From positions 1 through 53,127 of IMG/VR virus record IMGVR_UViG_3300034170_000039: 53,127 nt of DNA. One strand, written 5' to 3'. The position numbers and the translations under genes were made by a program. Below are positions 1-9,173 of this stretch, one piece after another (position 1 is the first letter of the stretch; each line of letters starts with the position of its first letter). This stretch comes from a virus. Lineage: Duplodnaviria > Caudoviricetes. Under the pieces are notes generated by a model. That model saw only the letters and a list, made by a program, of their open reading frames with translations. It did not search any database and was not told where the DNA came from.

Positions 1-61
1 CCATTTCCAGTGACTTGACTATCCCCATCACCCAGCTTGCAGAAGTTGTTCGTTCGCTCAT
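1..61 (-). CDS. 5' end of host gene, probably AraC-family transcriptional regulator (partial)
   Basis: ATG at 61 reads MSERTTSASWVMGIVKSLEM off the window edge; lies outside the att repeat. Family call is from recollection of similar Pseudomonas N-termini only. Confidence 0.4.
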   Translation of the reverse strand, partial: MSERTTSASWVMGIVKSLEM

Positions 62-104
62 GGCGTCTTCTTAATCAAAGCAGGCTGAAACAGCAGCCAG
101 AAAG

Positions 105-117
105 CCAAGGATACTAA
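105..117 (+). repeat. att core, left copy (CCAAGGATACTAA)
   Basis: Exact direct repeat with 53001..53013; sequences diverge on both sides. Confidence 0.85.
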
Positions 118-210
118 CCTGTAGAGGGTAACTCACAGCCCTTTAAACGCAAGGACTCCAGCTCGATAAAAATATCGTGCTGGGGTTTCATGGGGCCTCT
201 TGGGGCCCGC

Positions 211-230
211 AATGCCAACATTATGACAGC
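211..230 (+). promoter_or_regulatory. Putative integrase arm-type sites
   Basis: AATGCCAACATTATGACAGC matches AATGCCAAGGTTATGACAAC at 52946..52965 (17/20); each lies just inside an att core. Confidence 0.6.
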
Positions 231-382
231 TTGTCATTTCCCTCGGCGTCCTGCCGACCGAACACAATCCCTGGAAAATCTGAAAAAGTCGTACAGCTGC
301 ACGGGCAAAGCGACCCTCATAGGTCGTGGTCGCCAGTGATTACGATATACTCACCTGCTGCCTAAACTCAACGGAGAATAAA

Positions 383-1438
383 TTGACACGCATTGTCGAG
401 CAGGCCCAGCAAGCCTACAGCCACTCCAAGAATCTGGACTTTATCAGGAGCATTGCCGTTCTTTTGGTAGTCGGTCGGCATGTGGCCGGCCAAATTGGAT
501 ACACGCATATCGGTCCGATATCGCTCCAGCTCGTCGGAATATTCGGCGTAATGCTGTTCTTCGTATTAACTGCGCATGTCCTAATGTTCTCAATTGAGAA
601 AATCGCAAGGCCCGGAGAAAGCATAGCGTCCATCCACAAGATATTTTTTATCAGGAGGGCTTTCAGGATTTACCCGCTGAGCATTTTTACCGTTCTGTCC
701 GTATTCGTAATTTCGCAATGGCTATCAATTAATGACCTTGGAAACATAAGCGTCCGCGAGCTTGTAGACAACGTATTTCTAATTCAGAACCTGACAGGGG
801 CAAGAGATATAATTAGCCCTCTCTGGAGTCTGCCATTAGAAGTTCAAATGTATCTACTGCTTCCAGTTATTTATTTATTGGTTTCTAATTGCTCACCTTT
901 GCGTTTAGTTCTAATATACTGCACATTAGTTGCAATTGCATTTTTCTCTGTAAAATCAAAATTACCTAATGTTTTTATTTTTGCACCATGCTTTGTGCCT
1001 GGAATTATCGCGTATTGGATTGTAAAGAAGGAGCCTAGGCGATTTTTACCATTCTGCATATTGCCAGCAGTTTTACTGGCACTACTTTTTCTGTATGGGA
1101 AGATTGGCCAGAGGTACCAAATGATCGGCGCATACCCATCATGCTTTATATTGGGGATGATATTTCCATTTATCCGAGAGACTTCATTTACAATAATCAA
1201 TACCGTATCAGAATCAATTTCAAAGTACGCATACGGAATTTATCTTACTCATACCCCAATACTATATGCATGCTTCCAAATTGAAATACCAATATATTTA
1301 AAAATCACGCTGTTTTTTGTACTGACTTTTGTCCTGTCGGTACTCTCATATCACTACATCGAGAGTCCAATGATAAAAATAGGTCGGGATATCACTATAC
1401 CTAGACGCTCTAATACTACTGAGACGTCAGGTGCGTAG
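383..1438 (+). CDS. Acyltransferase-3 family membrane protein (putative O-antigen/polysaccharide O-acetyltransferase), lysogenic-conversion moron
   Basis: LDFIRSIAVLLVVGRH, GVMLFF, FFIRRAFRIYP, LWSLPLEVQMYL, YGIYLTH and SYHYIESP motifs; many TM segments; low GC; GGAG RBS before TTG at 383. Confidence 0.88.
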   Translation: MTRIVEQAQQAYSHSKNLDFIRSIAVLLVVGRHVAGQIGYTHIGPISLQLVGIFGVMLFFVLTAHVLMFSIEKIARPGESIASIHKIFFIRRAFRIYPLSIFTVLSVFVISQWLSINDLGNISVRELVDNVFLIQNLTGARDIISPLWSLPLEVQMYLLLPVIYLLVSNCSPLRLVLIYCTLVAIAFFSVKSKLPNVFIFAPCFVPGIIAYWIVKKEPRRFLPFCILPAVLLALLFLYGKIGQRYQMIGAYPSCFILGMIFPFIRETSFTIINTVSESISKYAYGIYLTHTPILYACFQIEIPIYLKITLFFVLTFVLSVLSYHYIESPMIKIGRDITIPRRSNTTETSGA

Positions 1439-1454
1439 TAATATCGCTATCAAT

Positions 1455-1940
1455 CTATCGGCACACATTCATGACATATGCCTGGAGCGCCTTCAAGGCT
1501 GATTGATCAGCAATGATTCCGGCGCGGATATCGAAAACAGTTGATCCAGTAGCTGCAGAGAGTTCGACGGAGCCTGCATAGCCCAGGCTGGTGGAGCTGG
1601 TGGAGCTGGGCACGTCGCTGCTACTGGTACGACAACTTCCCGCGATGCGCAGCCGGCGAGTACCAGCAGCAACATCAGCGCGCAGCTTTTCATTTTCGGC
1701 GATAGCATCGGTCTTCTCCTTCTGGGCTTTCTGGTCAAGGTCGGCAAGCGCTTGTTCGGTTTGCTGCTGCTTTTCGAGCGCCTGGCGAGCCTGAGCGGCA
1801 CCAGCGTTTGCGATGGTGGTTAGATCAGCTTGATAGCTGGCCTTGTTGTCAGAGATGATCTTGCCGTAGCTGTTGGACTGCCACACCCAGGCACCTGCAG
1901 CGCCGATCAGCAGCGCGACTATATAAGGAAGGATCTTCAT
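1455..1940 (-). CDS. Rz-like inner-membrane spanin
   Basis: N-terminal TM, coiled coil, LRADVAAGTRRLR...LQAYV pattern, follows endolysin. Confidence 0.88.
   Translation of the reverse strand: MKILPYIVALLIGAAGAWVWQSNSYGKIISDNKASYQADLTTIANAGAAQARQALEKQQQTEQALADLDQKAQKEKTDAIAENEKLRADVAAGTRRLRIAGSCRTSSSDVPSSTSSTSLGYAGSVELSAATGSTVFDIRAGIIADQSALKALQAYVMNVCR
1493..1693 (-). CDS. Rz1-like outer-membrane lipoprotein spanin, embedded in Rz
   Basis: MKSCALMLLLVLAGC lipobox followed by Pro-rich CPAPPAPPAW, in an alternate frame inside Rz. Confidence 0.85.
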   Translation of the reverse strand: MKSCALMLLLVLAGCASREVVVPVAATCPAPPAPPAWAMQAPSNSLQLLDQLFSISAPESLLINQP

Positions 1941-2470
1941 GCCAGCACCTTCAATGCCTTGTCGTACAGCGCCTGGCGGTCGGCCATGCCGTTGATCCCA
2001 CCGTTAATGCGGCGGGTGATTTTCACGAAATAACTCTGGTCCGCTAGCGTGTTCAGGCCTTTCGTAGACCAGAACCACGCCGCAGACATCGCGGCATATT
2101 GCGGCTGCTCGAGCAGCTCAGGCTGATTGATCAGGTCAAGGCCCAAGGCTTCACCGCACGCGGCGTAGTTGGCCCGTCCGGTGATCTGGATCAAGCCACG
2201 GCCACGGTACTTGGAGCCGTCACCCGCGACGGTATTGCCAAGGTCGGCGCGCCCTTCATAGCCGATCTGTTGTGCCGTCGGCCCCCAAATCTCGCGCACG
2301 TAACGCAACTGGCCCGACTCATGGCCGACTTGGGCGATGAATGCGGCGGCGCGCAGCGTTCCGACGATGCCGTAACGGTTCATGGCCGCGTTCAGGACAG
2401 GAACAAAAACGCCGGCTTGGCGACCGGCGCTCAGGAGGATCTGCAGCAACTGCTGCTCGGTGATTGGCAT
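1937..2470 (-). CDS. Endolysin, glycoside hydrolase family 19
   Basis: AFIAQVGHES, YRGRGLIQITGRANY, SAAWFW, ITRRINGG motifs. Confidence 0.95.
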   Translation of the reverse strand: MPITEQQLLQILLSAGRQAGVFVPVLNAAMNRYGIVGTLRAAAFIAQVGHESGQLRYVREIWGPTAQQIGYEGRADLGNTVAGDGSKYRGRGLIQITGRANYAACGEALGLDLINQPELLEQPQYAAMSAAWFWSTKGLNTLADQSYFVKITRRINGGINGMADRQALYDKALKVLA

Positions 2471-2487
2471 GGCTTTTCTCCAGACGC

Positions 2488-2512
2488 AAAAAAGCCGCCC
2501 TAAGGCGGCTTA
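2488..2512 (-). terminator. Intrinsic terminator before endolysin
   Basis: AAGCCGCC/GGCGGCTT stem with U-tract on minus strand. Confidence 0.65.
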
Positions 2513-2522
2513 TGCATGGCGG

Positions 2523-2849
2523 TTATGGGAGCGTCGGGAAAGCTGTGGCCTCGAGCGCAGCCAGGCGTGCAGCAATGCTCCCAGGCAGCGTTTCAATGGC
2601 AATCTCGACCATCGTGTCGGCGTTCTTCAGCTTGCCCTCGTGATAAACGACGTTGAAGGGCGGGTCGGGGTATTTCACCCACTCCCACTCACCAGTTTCC
2701 CGAGCAAACCAATCACCAAAGCGATCCGGGCGAATTGCCGGCCACGGACTATTCATTAGCAACCAGCCAGCTGGTATTGGGTTCAAAAATTGATCATCAG
2801 GCATTGGACAAGTATCAATAGCATCAGTTTTTCCGTACCAAATTGTCAT
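2523..2849 (-). CDS. Tail-fibre-associated hypothetical protein
   Basis: Probable start MTIWYGK at 2849 with GAGG RBS; follows fibre chaperone. Confidence 0.6.
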   Translation of the reverse strand: MTIWYGKTDAIDTCPMPDDQFLNPIPAGWLLMNSPWPAIRPDRFGDWFARETGEWEWVKYPDPPFNVVYHEGKLKNADTMVEIAIETLPGSIAARLAALEATAFPTLP

Positions 2850-2865
2850 GACGCTTACCTCATTA

Positions 2866-3237
2866 TTAAGCAGGGACTTGCGGCCAATCAATTGTTGCGG
2901 GAAAGCCTGTCTGGCTTGAGACTCGATTAACATCGACCCGGTATTGCTTCCAAAGTTTAAGGTTTGCTTTGTCGGCATCGGTAGCGCTGTCGAGGTCTAT
3001 CGCGTCTTGCAGCGGAGCAATACGCAATGCAGCAGTTGTAAGCAGTGAGTCGCGCTGCATGTTGGCTACAATAATTGCATCAGCTGGAAGTAAAGCATTC
3101 TCAGAAGACGGCTGTGTTTTCGAATATGTCTCTGTGTTTGGATCTGGAAATAATTTTGACTCATCATTTGGGTCGGCTTCTGGGCCATCTACCATTCTCC
3201 AGCTAGACCCATTTTTCATTACTGCATAACCACTCAT
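2866..3237 (-). CDS. Tail fibre assembly chaperone
   Basis: IAPLQDAIDL...LKLWKQYRVDVNRV...IDWPQVP C-terminal motif. Confidence 0.88.
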   Translation of the reverse strand: MSGYAVMKNGSSWRMVDGPEADPNDESKLFPDPNTETYSKTQPSSENALLPADAIIVANMQRDSLLTTAALRIAPLQDAIDLDSATDADKANLKLWKQYRVDVNRVSSQTGFPATIDWPQVPA

Positions 3238-5288
3238 ACGCTATCCTCGTATCCATCACATGCAATAAACCCATTGACAAAGCATGCCCAGTAAATAGTC
3301 ATGGTCTCAAGAATCATTCTTTTTGACAGTACACACCATCCATATGTACCGCTACCTCCTGCCGCAGCTACTACCATTGGAGGCGGGTTTGTCGTGCTTG
3401 TATATGCTCCGTGCTGGCCCGAAGGTGATGCTATAGCAGTGCCAGCGCTTATTGCGTTAAGCAGTATTGACGCTGAGACGGCTGTTGTCGGAACGACTCC
3501 AGCTAGCGATACAGCAGTATATGCAGGAGTAGCAGGGCTACCGGTAACTCCTGATGCGATGACCGACATGTTTGTGCGATTTGTACCTGCTTTGACAGTG
3601 AAATCAACGATCTTGTCACGCTTCGTCATGAGAAGCGGGTACTTGCTTCCGGTAGCGTCTGTAAAGTCCCAGCCGACCCTAGCTTTGTGAGTATACCCAG
3701 ACGGCATAATTGGGCTTGTAGCGCTTAATGACCACAGTCCGGCAATTGTAGTGCCATTCCAAATAACCCATATACTATACCAAGTACTAGGAGCCACTGT
3801 GCCAGTATCAAGACCGTTTGCGCCGGCAGCAGATAGCGATGGGGAGACGCTTACCGAGCGTAACACTTGATACGTATTTGCTGAGCTTTCAACAATTAAT
3901 TCATCGGCTGTGATTGCTGCAAGTGCGCTCAGCCCTGTAGTTGTGATTAGAAGATTCTTGTATGCACCCTGAATGCCTGCAAAGTTACCGATTAAAGCTG
4001 GCAATTGATCAAGCAAAACAAAATCAGTGCCGTCATATTCAACGTCAGAAAGCTGGTTAGCTGCAAAGATAGCGGCCACCTTTGCTCCAGTTGAGTCGTA
4101 CTGCTTGATGCTCTTCGCGCCAAGACCGGAGATGTTCAGCGTATCTGCGCCAGTGCTGGCCAGGCCAAATTTCACTCGAAAGCGTTGGTTTGCAGCATAA
4201 GCAGTGATAGCCGGGGTCGGTGCCAGCGTCAGCGCTGTTGAAACGCCGGCCGTAGTGAAGGCGGTAACACTCTGGGCCTGGGCCTGGCTAGCGTTGGTTG
4301 CGTGCTGAGACTTGGTAGCCGAGGCGACCTGAAGACCGCCACCGCTGCTTTCAACAAGCACCCATGACCCTCCGCCAATGGAGCTGTTCCACTGCACCCA
4401 TACGTCACCAGTCGCCGCGATTTCACCGCCCTGTAGGGCCGCATGGTTGCCACCAACGATGGGGGCTGCAGAGATGCCGTTAGGGCTGAATGTGGTCGCT
4501 CCGGTGTTGCTGTTGGCGGCCTTGAATCTCAGCGTCAACCCGTCAACCAGCGCTGTAATCGCTGGAAAGAAGGTGGCGGCGCAAGCATTTACGGCGCCGG
4601 TGTCCAGGGCATAGGTGGTATTGCCGCCCTGAATTGACTGCAGCACGCCAGACGGCAGCAGTGGCGCGCCTGCGTACTGGGTGATATTGCCGGAGGTGAT
4701 TGTGGTCTGCCCATAGGCGACGGTTGCCACAAACAGGCCGACATAGCCGCTGTCTGGGGCTGGCGTAACCTGGCTGCCAGTGGCGGCAGATGCGCCAGCC
4801 TTGACCTGTACGATCGCCACACCCTTGCGGGAGGTGTTTTGAGTGAGTCCGTTGTTGCCCATTCCGCTATACGGCAGCGCTGGGTTGGCGCTGTTGTAGT
4901 AGGGGAGCAGGACAGGCGTCGAATCCTGGTCCTGATAGGTCACCTGCACCAGGTAGTTGATCGACTGGCCTGTGGTGGTCGGTGCCGGGCAGCTCAGCGT
5001 CACCCCGTCCAGCATGATCCCCTGTTTCAGGATCGAATGCGTGGTGTCGGCCGGCAGCGTGGAGAAAGCCAGCGAGTCAATGTTGGCCATGGCATAGATC
5101 TCGCCTGGCGCCACAACGATCTGCAGCGAAGCTGGACCTGTCGGGGTCACGGCAAAGCCATTGGCGATGGTGCTGGTGCCGAGCATGGCGGCAGCCAGCT
5201 TGGCGCTACCGATCATCGCGTCCTTTGCCATCTGCAAAAGCGTGGTTTCAGGCAGGATCTGGCCTGGATATACGATCTGTCTGTCCAT
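3234..5288 (-). CDS. Tail fibre protein
   Basis: Between baseplate genes and fibre chaperone; Gly/Thr/Ala-rich with internal repeat and lower-GC distal part. Confidence 0.85.
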   Translation of the reverse strand: MDRQIVYPGQILPETTLLQMAKDAMIGSAKLAAAMLGTSTIANGFAVTPTGPASLQIVVAPGEIYAMANIDSLAFSTLPADTTHSILKQGIMLDGVTLSCPAPTTTGQSINYLVQVTYQDQDSTPVLLPYYNSANPALPYSGMGNNGLTQNTSRKGVAIVQVKAGASAATGSQVTPAPDSGYVGLFVATVAYGQTTITSGNITQYAGAPLLPSGVLQSIQGGNTTYALDTGAVNACAATFFPAITALVDGLTLRFKAANSNTGATTFSPNGISAAPIVGGNHAALQGGEIAATGDVWVQWNSSIGGGSWVLVESSGGGLQVASATKSQHATNASQAQAQSVTAFTTAGVSTALTLAPTPAITAYAANQRFRVKFGLASTGADTLNISGLGAKSIKQYDSTGAKVAAIFAANQLSDVEYDGTDFVLLDQLPALIGNFAGIQGAYKNLLITTTGLSALAAITADELIVESSANTYQVLRSVSVSPSLSAAGANGLDTGTVAPSTWYSIWVIWNGTTIAGLWSLSATSPIMPSGYTHKARVGWDFTDATGSKYPLLMTKRDKIVDFTVKAGTNRTNMSVIASGVTGSPATPAYTAVSLAGVVPTTAVSASILLNAISAGTAIASPSGQHGAYTSTTNPPPMVVAAAGGSGTYGWCVLSKRMILETMTIYWACFVNGFIACDGYEDSV

Positions 5289-5299
5289 GAGTGCCCCAT

Positions 5300-5325
5300 A
5301 AAAAAGGCCCGCACATGGCGGGCCT
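5300..5325 (-). terminator. Intrinsic terminator
   Basis: AGGCCCGC/GCGGGCCT stem plus U-tract. Confidence 0.6.
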
Positions 5326-5343
5326 AGATTCGAATGAAAGGTT

Positions 5344-6000
5344 TCAGTTGGTAATGCGATACCAGACCGTTGTGCCGTATGGCTTGGTCGCCTCGATAGC
5401 AGCGACGATGTCTGCGTCAGAGACTTCGGGGAATAGCTGGGCGGCTGGCAGGAGCCCGCTGGTCATGGACAGGCCAAACCAGTTGGTAGCAATGCCAGGC
5501 CAGTTCGAGGCACCGTTGCCAGTTGGGCGATAAGCCGTGACGAAGGCTTGATAGGGGCAGCTTGTTGACCCGAGCGGGCCCGCTACGCCAAGACCAAGCG
5601 TCAACCCAAGACAGCCACAATCGTCTGGTTTTGCAGGCTCAATAATCAGCGGCCGCCGGCCGGTAAGGTCGAACAGAACCTGTTCCATGCCGTGCCGTGT
5701 TGCCCGCTCTCTGAAAATGTTGATCAGGATTCGGTTGCGATAACTGGTGTCAGACTGCCCGGATAGCCTGATCAGGCCGCCTCCGAAGAAGTCGAGCCCA
5801 ATCATGTCGAGCCAGCCATCCGCGGCCGTCTTGATACGGGTCTGCGCCTTCGCATATAGATAGAGGGTGAACCCCCAGGAAAGCGCCTGCGCGTAGCCCC
5901 ACAGCAGAGCATCGCGCACCGGGTTGTTGTCGGTGAACCACCCGAGAGGTAGCAGGCTTTTCAGCCGTTCAAACATATCGCTTTGGTCGCCAATACTCAT
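5344..6000 (-). CDS. Baseplate wedge protein (gpI/gp48-like)
   Basis: TAADGWLDMIGLDFFG...DTSYRNRI motif; directly follows J-like gene. Confidence 0.7.
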   Translation of the reverse strand: MSIGDQSDMFERLKSLLPLGWFTDNNPVRDALLWGYAQALSWGFTLYLYAKAQTRIKTAADGWLDMIGLDFFGGGLIRLSGQSDTSYRNRILINIFRERATRHGMEQVLFDLTGRRPLIIEPAKPDDCGCLGLTLGLGVAGPLGSTSCPYQAFVTAYRPTGNGASNWPGIATNWFGLSMTSGLLPAAQLFPEVSDADIVAAIEATKPYGTTVWYRITN

Positions 6001-7128
6001 TTAAGCCACCGTCACTGTGCCCGGCCGGATGACCTGCTTATTGGTTGCGGCCAGGTCGGCCGTGCCGCTGTTCAAAAGAACAGCGGAGACGTTGGTGATG
6101 GCCGGCGTGACGCCGTATGCAACTGCGGCGAGCTGCGTATATGGAAGGATCTGCCCGAGCGCCAGGCTGGATATGTAGGTCTGAATCGCGGCCACCACCT
6201 GGGCAACGACAACGCTATGCACAACCGTGGAGTCGGTGGTGATGGTCATGCCGACGTTTGCTGTCACCAGCACCGGCGGGAACACTCCATAACGTGTAGT
6301 AAATGCCCTGGCCGATTCGATAGCGGCGCCTGCGGTTACCAAAAATGACCCAGGGGGCGCCCCGCTACCATCGTCCACCACCGCATAGAAGTAGCCGTAG
6401 TTCAAGCTCCCGTCGTAATTCTGGTTCTCGGTCAGTGTGTAGCTGACTCCCTGCTGTATGGAGGAAAGAGCGTACTGGATGGCGGCTTTCGTACCTTTCG
6501 ACAGCGACTGCACCCAAAGCACAAAGCGCGCCCGGAACGGAGAGTCCTCTTCTTGGTCGACGCCGCCAGCGAACACGGCAGAATTCGTCACGGTATCAAT
6601 GCCGCTGATGCTGCCAACGATCACGGTCACGGTGCCGATCAGCGCGTTACCAGCAGCACCGGCGGTGCTAGCCACCACAGGAACGGTTGCAGATGCCGTG
6701 CCGGCCGGGATCAGGTAACCCCCAAGACCGGCGCTATACATCGTGTTGGTCGTGTTGATCGTGACCGTGTACTGCTGCGACCCGTCGGTAGAGCCGACGA
6801 TTGAGCCAATAGGGATCAGCGCGGAAACCGTGGGCGTGAACCTGGAGTACGTGACGCTTCCGGTAGAGAAGCTCGCGGACAGCCGGTAGAAGCCAAAATC
6901 AGCCATCCAGCTATCGAGATCGGCGTCAGACGACGTGGAAGCGCGCGTTGTGACCAGCAGCGTGACGATCAACTGCTGCAGCCACTGCAAGATGCTGGCG
7001 TTGCTTTCGGCGCAGGCCCGCAGCAGGGAGCCGATAGTGAAGTCCACGAGGCCGGCGGCGCGACCCTGGATCGCCGTCACCTGGTCACGTACCAGCGTGG
7101 TGAAGTCCTTGATATTGAGCGATGCCAT
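6001..7128 (-). CDS. Baseplate J-like protein
   Basis: DFTIGSLLRA, DLDSWMADFG, GGVDQEEDSPFRARF motifs. Confidence 0.9.
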   Translation of the reverse strand: MASLNIKDFTTLVRDQVTAIQGRAAGLVDFTIGSLLRACAESNASILQWLQQLIVTLLVTTRASTSSDADLDSWMADFGFYRLSASFSTGSVTYSRFTPTVSALIPIGSIVGSTDGSQQYTVTINTTNTMYSAGLGGYLIPAGTASATVPVVASTAGAAGNALIGTVTVIVGSISGIDTVTNSAVFAGGVDQEEDSPFRARFVLWVQSLSKGTKAAIQYALSSIQQGVSYTLTENQNYDGSLNYGYFYAVVDDGSGAPPGSFLVTAGAAIESARAFTTRYGVFPPVLVTANVGMTITTDSTVVHSVVVAQVVAAIQTYISSLALGQILPYTQLAAVAYGVTPAITNVSAVLLNSGTADLAATNKQVIRPGTVTVA

Positions 7129-7129
7129 A

Positions 7130-7495
7130 TCAGCGATTTACCTCAAACGAGAGCGTCACCGGCTCGCCAAGTGGCGCATCGGTGTAGCTGATAGTCACGG
7201 AAAAGGTCTCGTTGTCAGTCGAGACCGAAATGACCGGCGCCGGCTTTTTCGCCACGCAGTCCTCAAGCAGGATCTGCCCGCGAATCAGGGCGATGATCTC
7301 GGGGATGTTGGTGAGCGCGCCGACGTATCGGCCCAGGCCTGCGCCGTACTCCGGATGGAACAGGTAGTCGCCTGGATTGGTGATCAGCCGCCGCAGGATT
7401 CGCTGCTTTCCGCGCTCGATGCCCTCCACCGTCGAAAGGCTGCCCGTCGGCGACAGCGATAAGTCGCCGCCGGCGTAGTGATTCAGGTCTTTCAT
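7130..7495 (-). CDS. Baseplate gpW/gp25-like protein
   Basis: QRILRRLITNPGDYLFHPEYGAGL motif; position. Confidence 0.75.
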   Translation of the reverse strand: MKDLNHYAGGDLSLSPTGSLSTVEGIERGKQRILRRLITNPGDYLFHPEYGAGLGRYVGALTNIPEIIALIRGQILLEDCVAKKPAPVISVSTDNETFSVTISYTDAPLGEPVTLSFEVNR

Positions 7496-8070
7496 GGTAT
7501 AGGCGTCCCTGTTTTGCCGCTGATGGTGCCGCCTGTGTGGGTGTGGGATTTCAGGCTGACTGTGTCGGCCTTGACATCGCCACCGGTTACGACAATGCCG
7601 GTCGAGTCGGTAACTGTGAGGGTGTGATCCATCGTGACTGGGCCGCCGGTGAACTGGTGGGCCGGCGCGTCATAGCTGATTGCCACGGCAGAATGCAGCG
7701 TGACAGTGCCGTCGGAGTTGAACTTGAGCCGGGAGCCGGACTGGTGAACCATCCAGATCTCGCCGGACGGAACCGGCATCGGCAGGTTCAGCGAGTTGGC
7801 GTGGCGCGCCGTGACCTTGCCGAGGTTTGGGTCGGATGAGTCGAACGATACCGTTACCTCGTCGCCGATCTGCGGGCCGATCTGCACGCCCCAGCCGTTG
7901 CCGACCCCTGGGCAGTCCAGCTTGATCCAGTTCGTCTCGCGGCCTTCGGGCTGGATGGCAACCTTCACCGCGCCATTGTCTTTGTCGTAGCTGGTGATGG
8001 TCCCGGTGCGCGGTCCGGTGCCGTCATCGCCGAGGCGCTGCCTGGCCGCATTCATGAGGTTTTCGATCAT
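7492..8070 (-). CDS. Baseplate spike (gpV-like)
   Basis: PQIGDEVTV OB-fold motif and C-terminal SLKSHTH (HxH) tip. Confidence 0.88.
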   Translation of the reverse strand: MIENLMNAARQRLGDDGTGPRTGTITSYDKDNGAVKVAIQPEGRETNWIKLDCPGVGNGWGVQIGPQIGDEVTVSFDSSDPNLGKVTARHANSLNLPMPVPSGEIWMVHQSGSRLKFNSDGTVTLHSAVAISYDAPAHQFTGGPVTMDHTLTVTDSTGIVVTGGDVKADTVSLKSHTHTGGTISGKTGTPIP

Positions 8071-9173
8071 GGCTGCACCAGTGAGTTGGGGTTATGGTTC
8101 TTGGCGGTCAGGCTCATCGTGTAGCCGGCGTCAACGCTCATCGAGCGGCGCACCGCGTCTACGTAATAGAGCTGGTCAAACCCGGAGCCCGTGCCTTCCT
8201 GACGCACGATGGTGTTCGGCATGAGTAGGTTATCGCCCGGCATCGAGCAGGACATGCGCATTTCGTGGTCGGTGATCTGCTTGTGGATCTTCTGGGCCAA
8301 CTGCACCGCCTGGGCCTTGTCCAGGCCGTTGCGCTTGATCTCGTAGACCTGGCGCTTCGACGTGGATTGACCTGGCGCAATACCCTTGGCTGAGTTGTTC
8401 GGGTACGTCGCGGTGACCGTCTTCCCGTCCTTGTAGGAGATGACCTGCACAGTCACGCCAAGGGCTAGGGTCAGGTCGCGCTCGAAGGTGATGTCGTCGG
8501 CCGTGTTCGATTGCGGGTAGTTATAGGCGCCTGGCTGAACCCAGCGGATCACGTACTGATCGGTAGTCTGCGGGTCTAGCGCCGGCTCGTAGTGCAGCTC
8601 ATTGCCGGAAACATAGACCTGAAAACCGTCCAGTCCGGCGAAATAGGCCAGCACATCCCACTCGGTGCGCTCGTCAGTGACGTGCGCATGGTCCCACTTG
8701 GTGATACCGCCGACCTGTGTTTTGGTTGCGGTGACGACCGGCGTGAGTCCGCGCCGAATAGCCAGCAAAGTTGCCACCTCGCTGGTGGTCATGTTGGCGA
8801 ATTTCTCGTTGGTCTTGTGATCGATGAAGCGGCTGGTGTAGTCGCGGCCGCTTATAGAGACCTCAAACTTTGCCGGGTGGATGGATAGGTGATCCACGGC
8901 TCCGACGATCAGCTCCTTCCAGTCCTGAACCCCCTGATTGATCAGGCCGGCCCAGATCGAGACATCAATCGATGTCTGCGAGCCCCACCAGTTCATGGTG
9001 TTGTATGGCGCTGGCAAATCACTCATCACCAGCACGGCCGAGAAGGTATCGGCCGAGTAGAAGGCGTTGCTGTCGACATCGAACGAGTAGAACGGAACAT
9101 GAACGCCGTTCAGGAGCAGGCGGCCCACCACCTGCCGGACAAGCTGCTCCGTCTCCTTGGTATTCAGGTCCAC
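8067..9173 (-). CDS. Baseplate hub (late control D-like)
   Basis: Size, position, ISGRDYT and ERTEWDVL motifs. Confidence 0.75.
   Translation of the reverse strand: MDLNTKETEQLVRQVVGRLLLNGVHVPFYSFDVDSNAFYSADTFSAVLVMSDLPAPYNTMNWWGSQTSIDVSIWAGLINQGVQDWKELIVGAVDHLSIHPAKFEVSISGRDYTSRFIDHKTNEKFANMTTSEVATLLAIRRGLTPVVTATKTQVGGITKWDHAHVTDERTEWDVLAYFAGLDGFQVYVSGNELHYEPALDPQTTDQYVIRWVQPGAYNYPQSNTADDITFERDLTLALGVTVQVISYKDGKTVTATYPNNSAKGIAPGQSTSKRQVYEIKRNGLDKAQAVQLAQKIHKQITDHEMRMSCSMPGDNLLMPNTIVRQEGTGSGFDQLYYVDAVRRSMSVDAGYTMSLTAKNHNPNSLVQP

Noticed and set aside
177-365. 62-aa ORF near left att
   Set aside because: Overlaps arm-type sites and the acyltransferase upstream region; no RBS or recognisable features
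3234-5288. Diversity-generating retroelement or invertible tail-fibre switch
   Set aside because: No reverse transcriptase, template/variable repeat pair, invertase or inverted crossover sites seen
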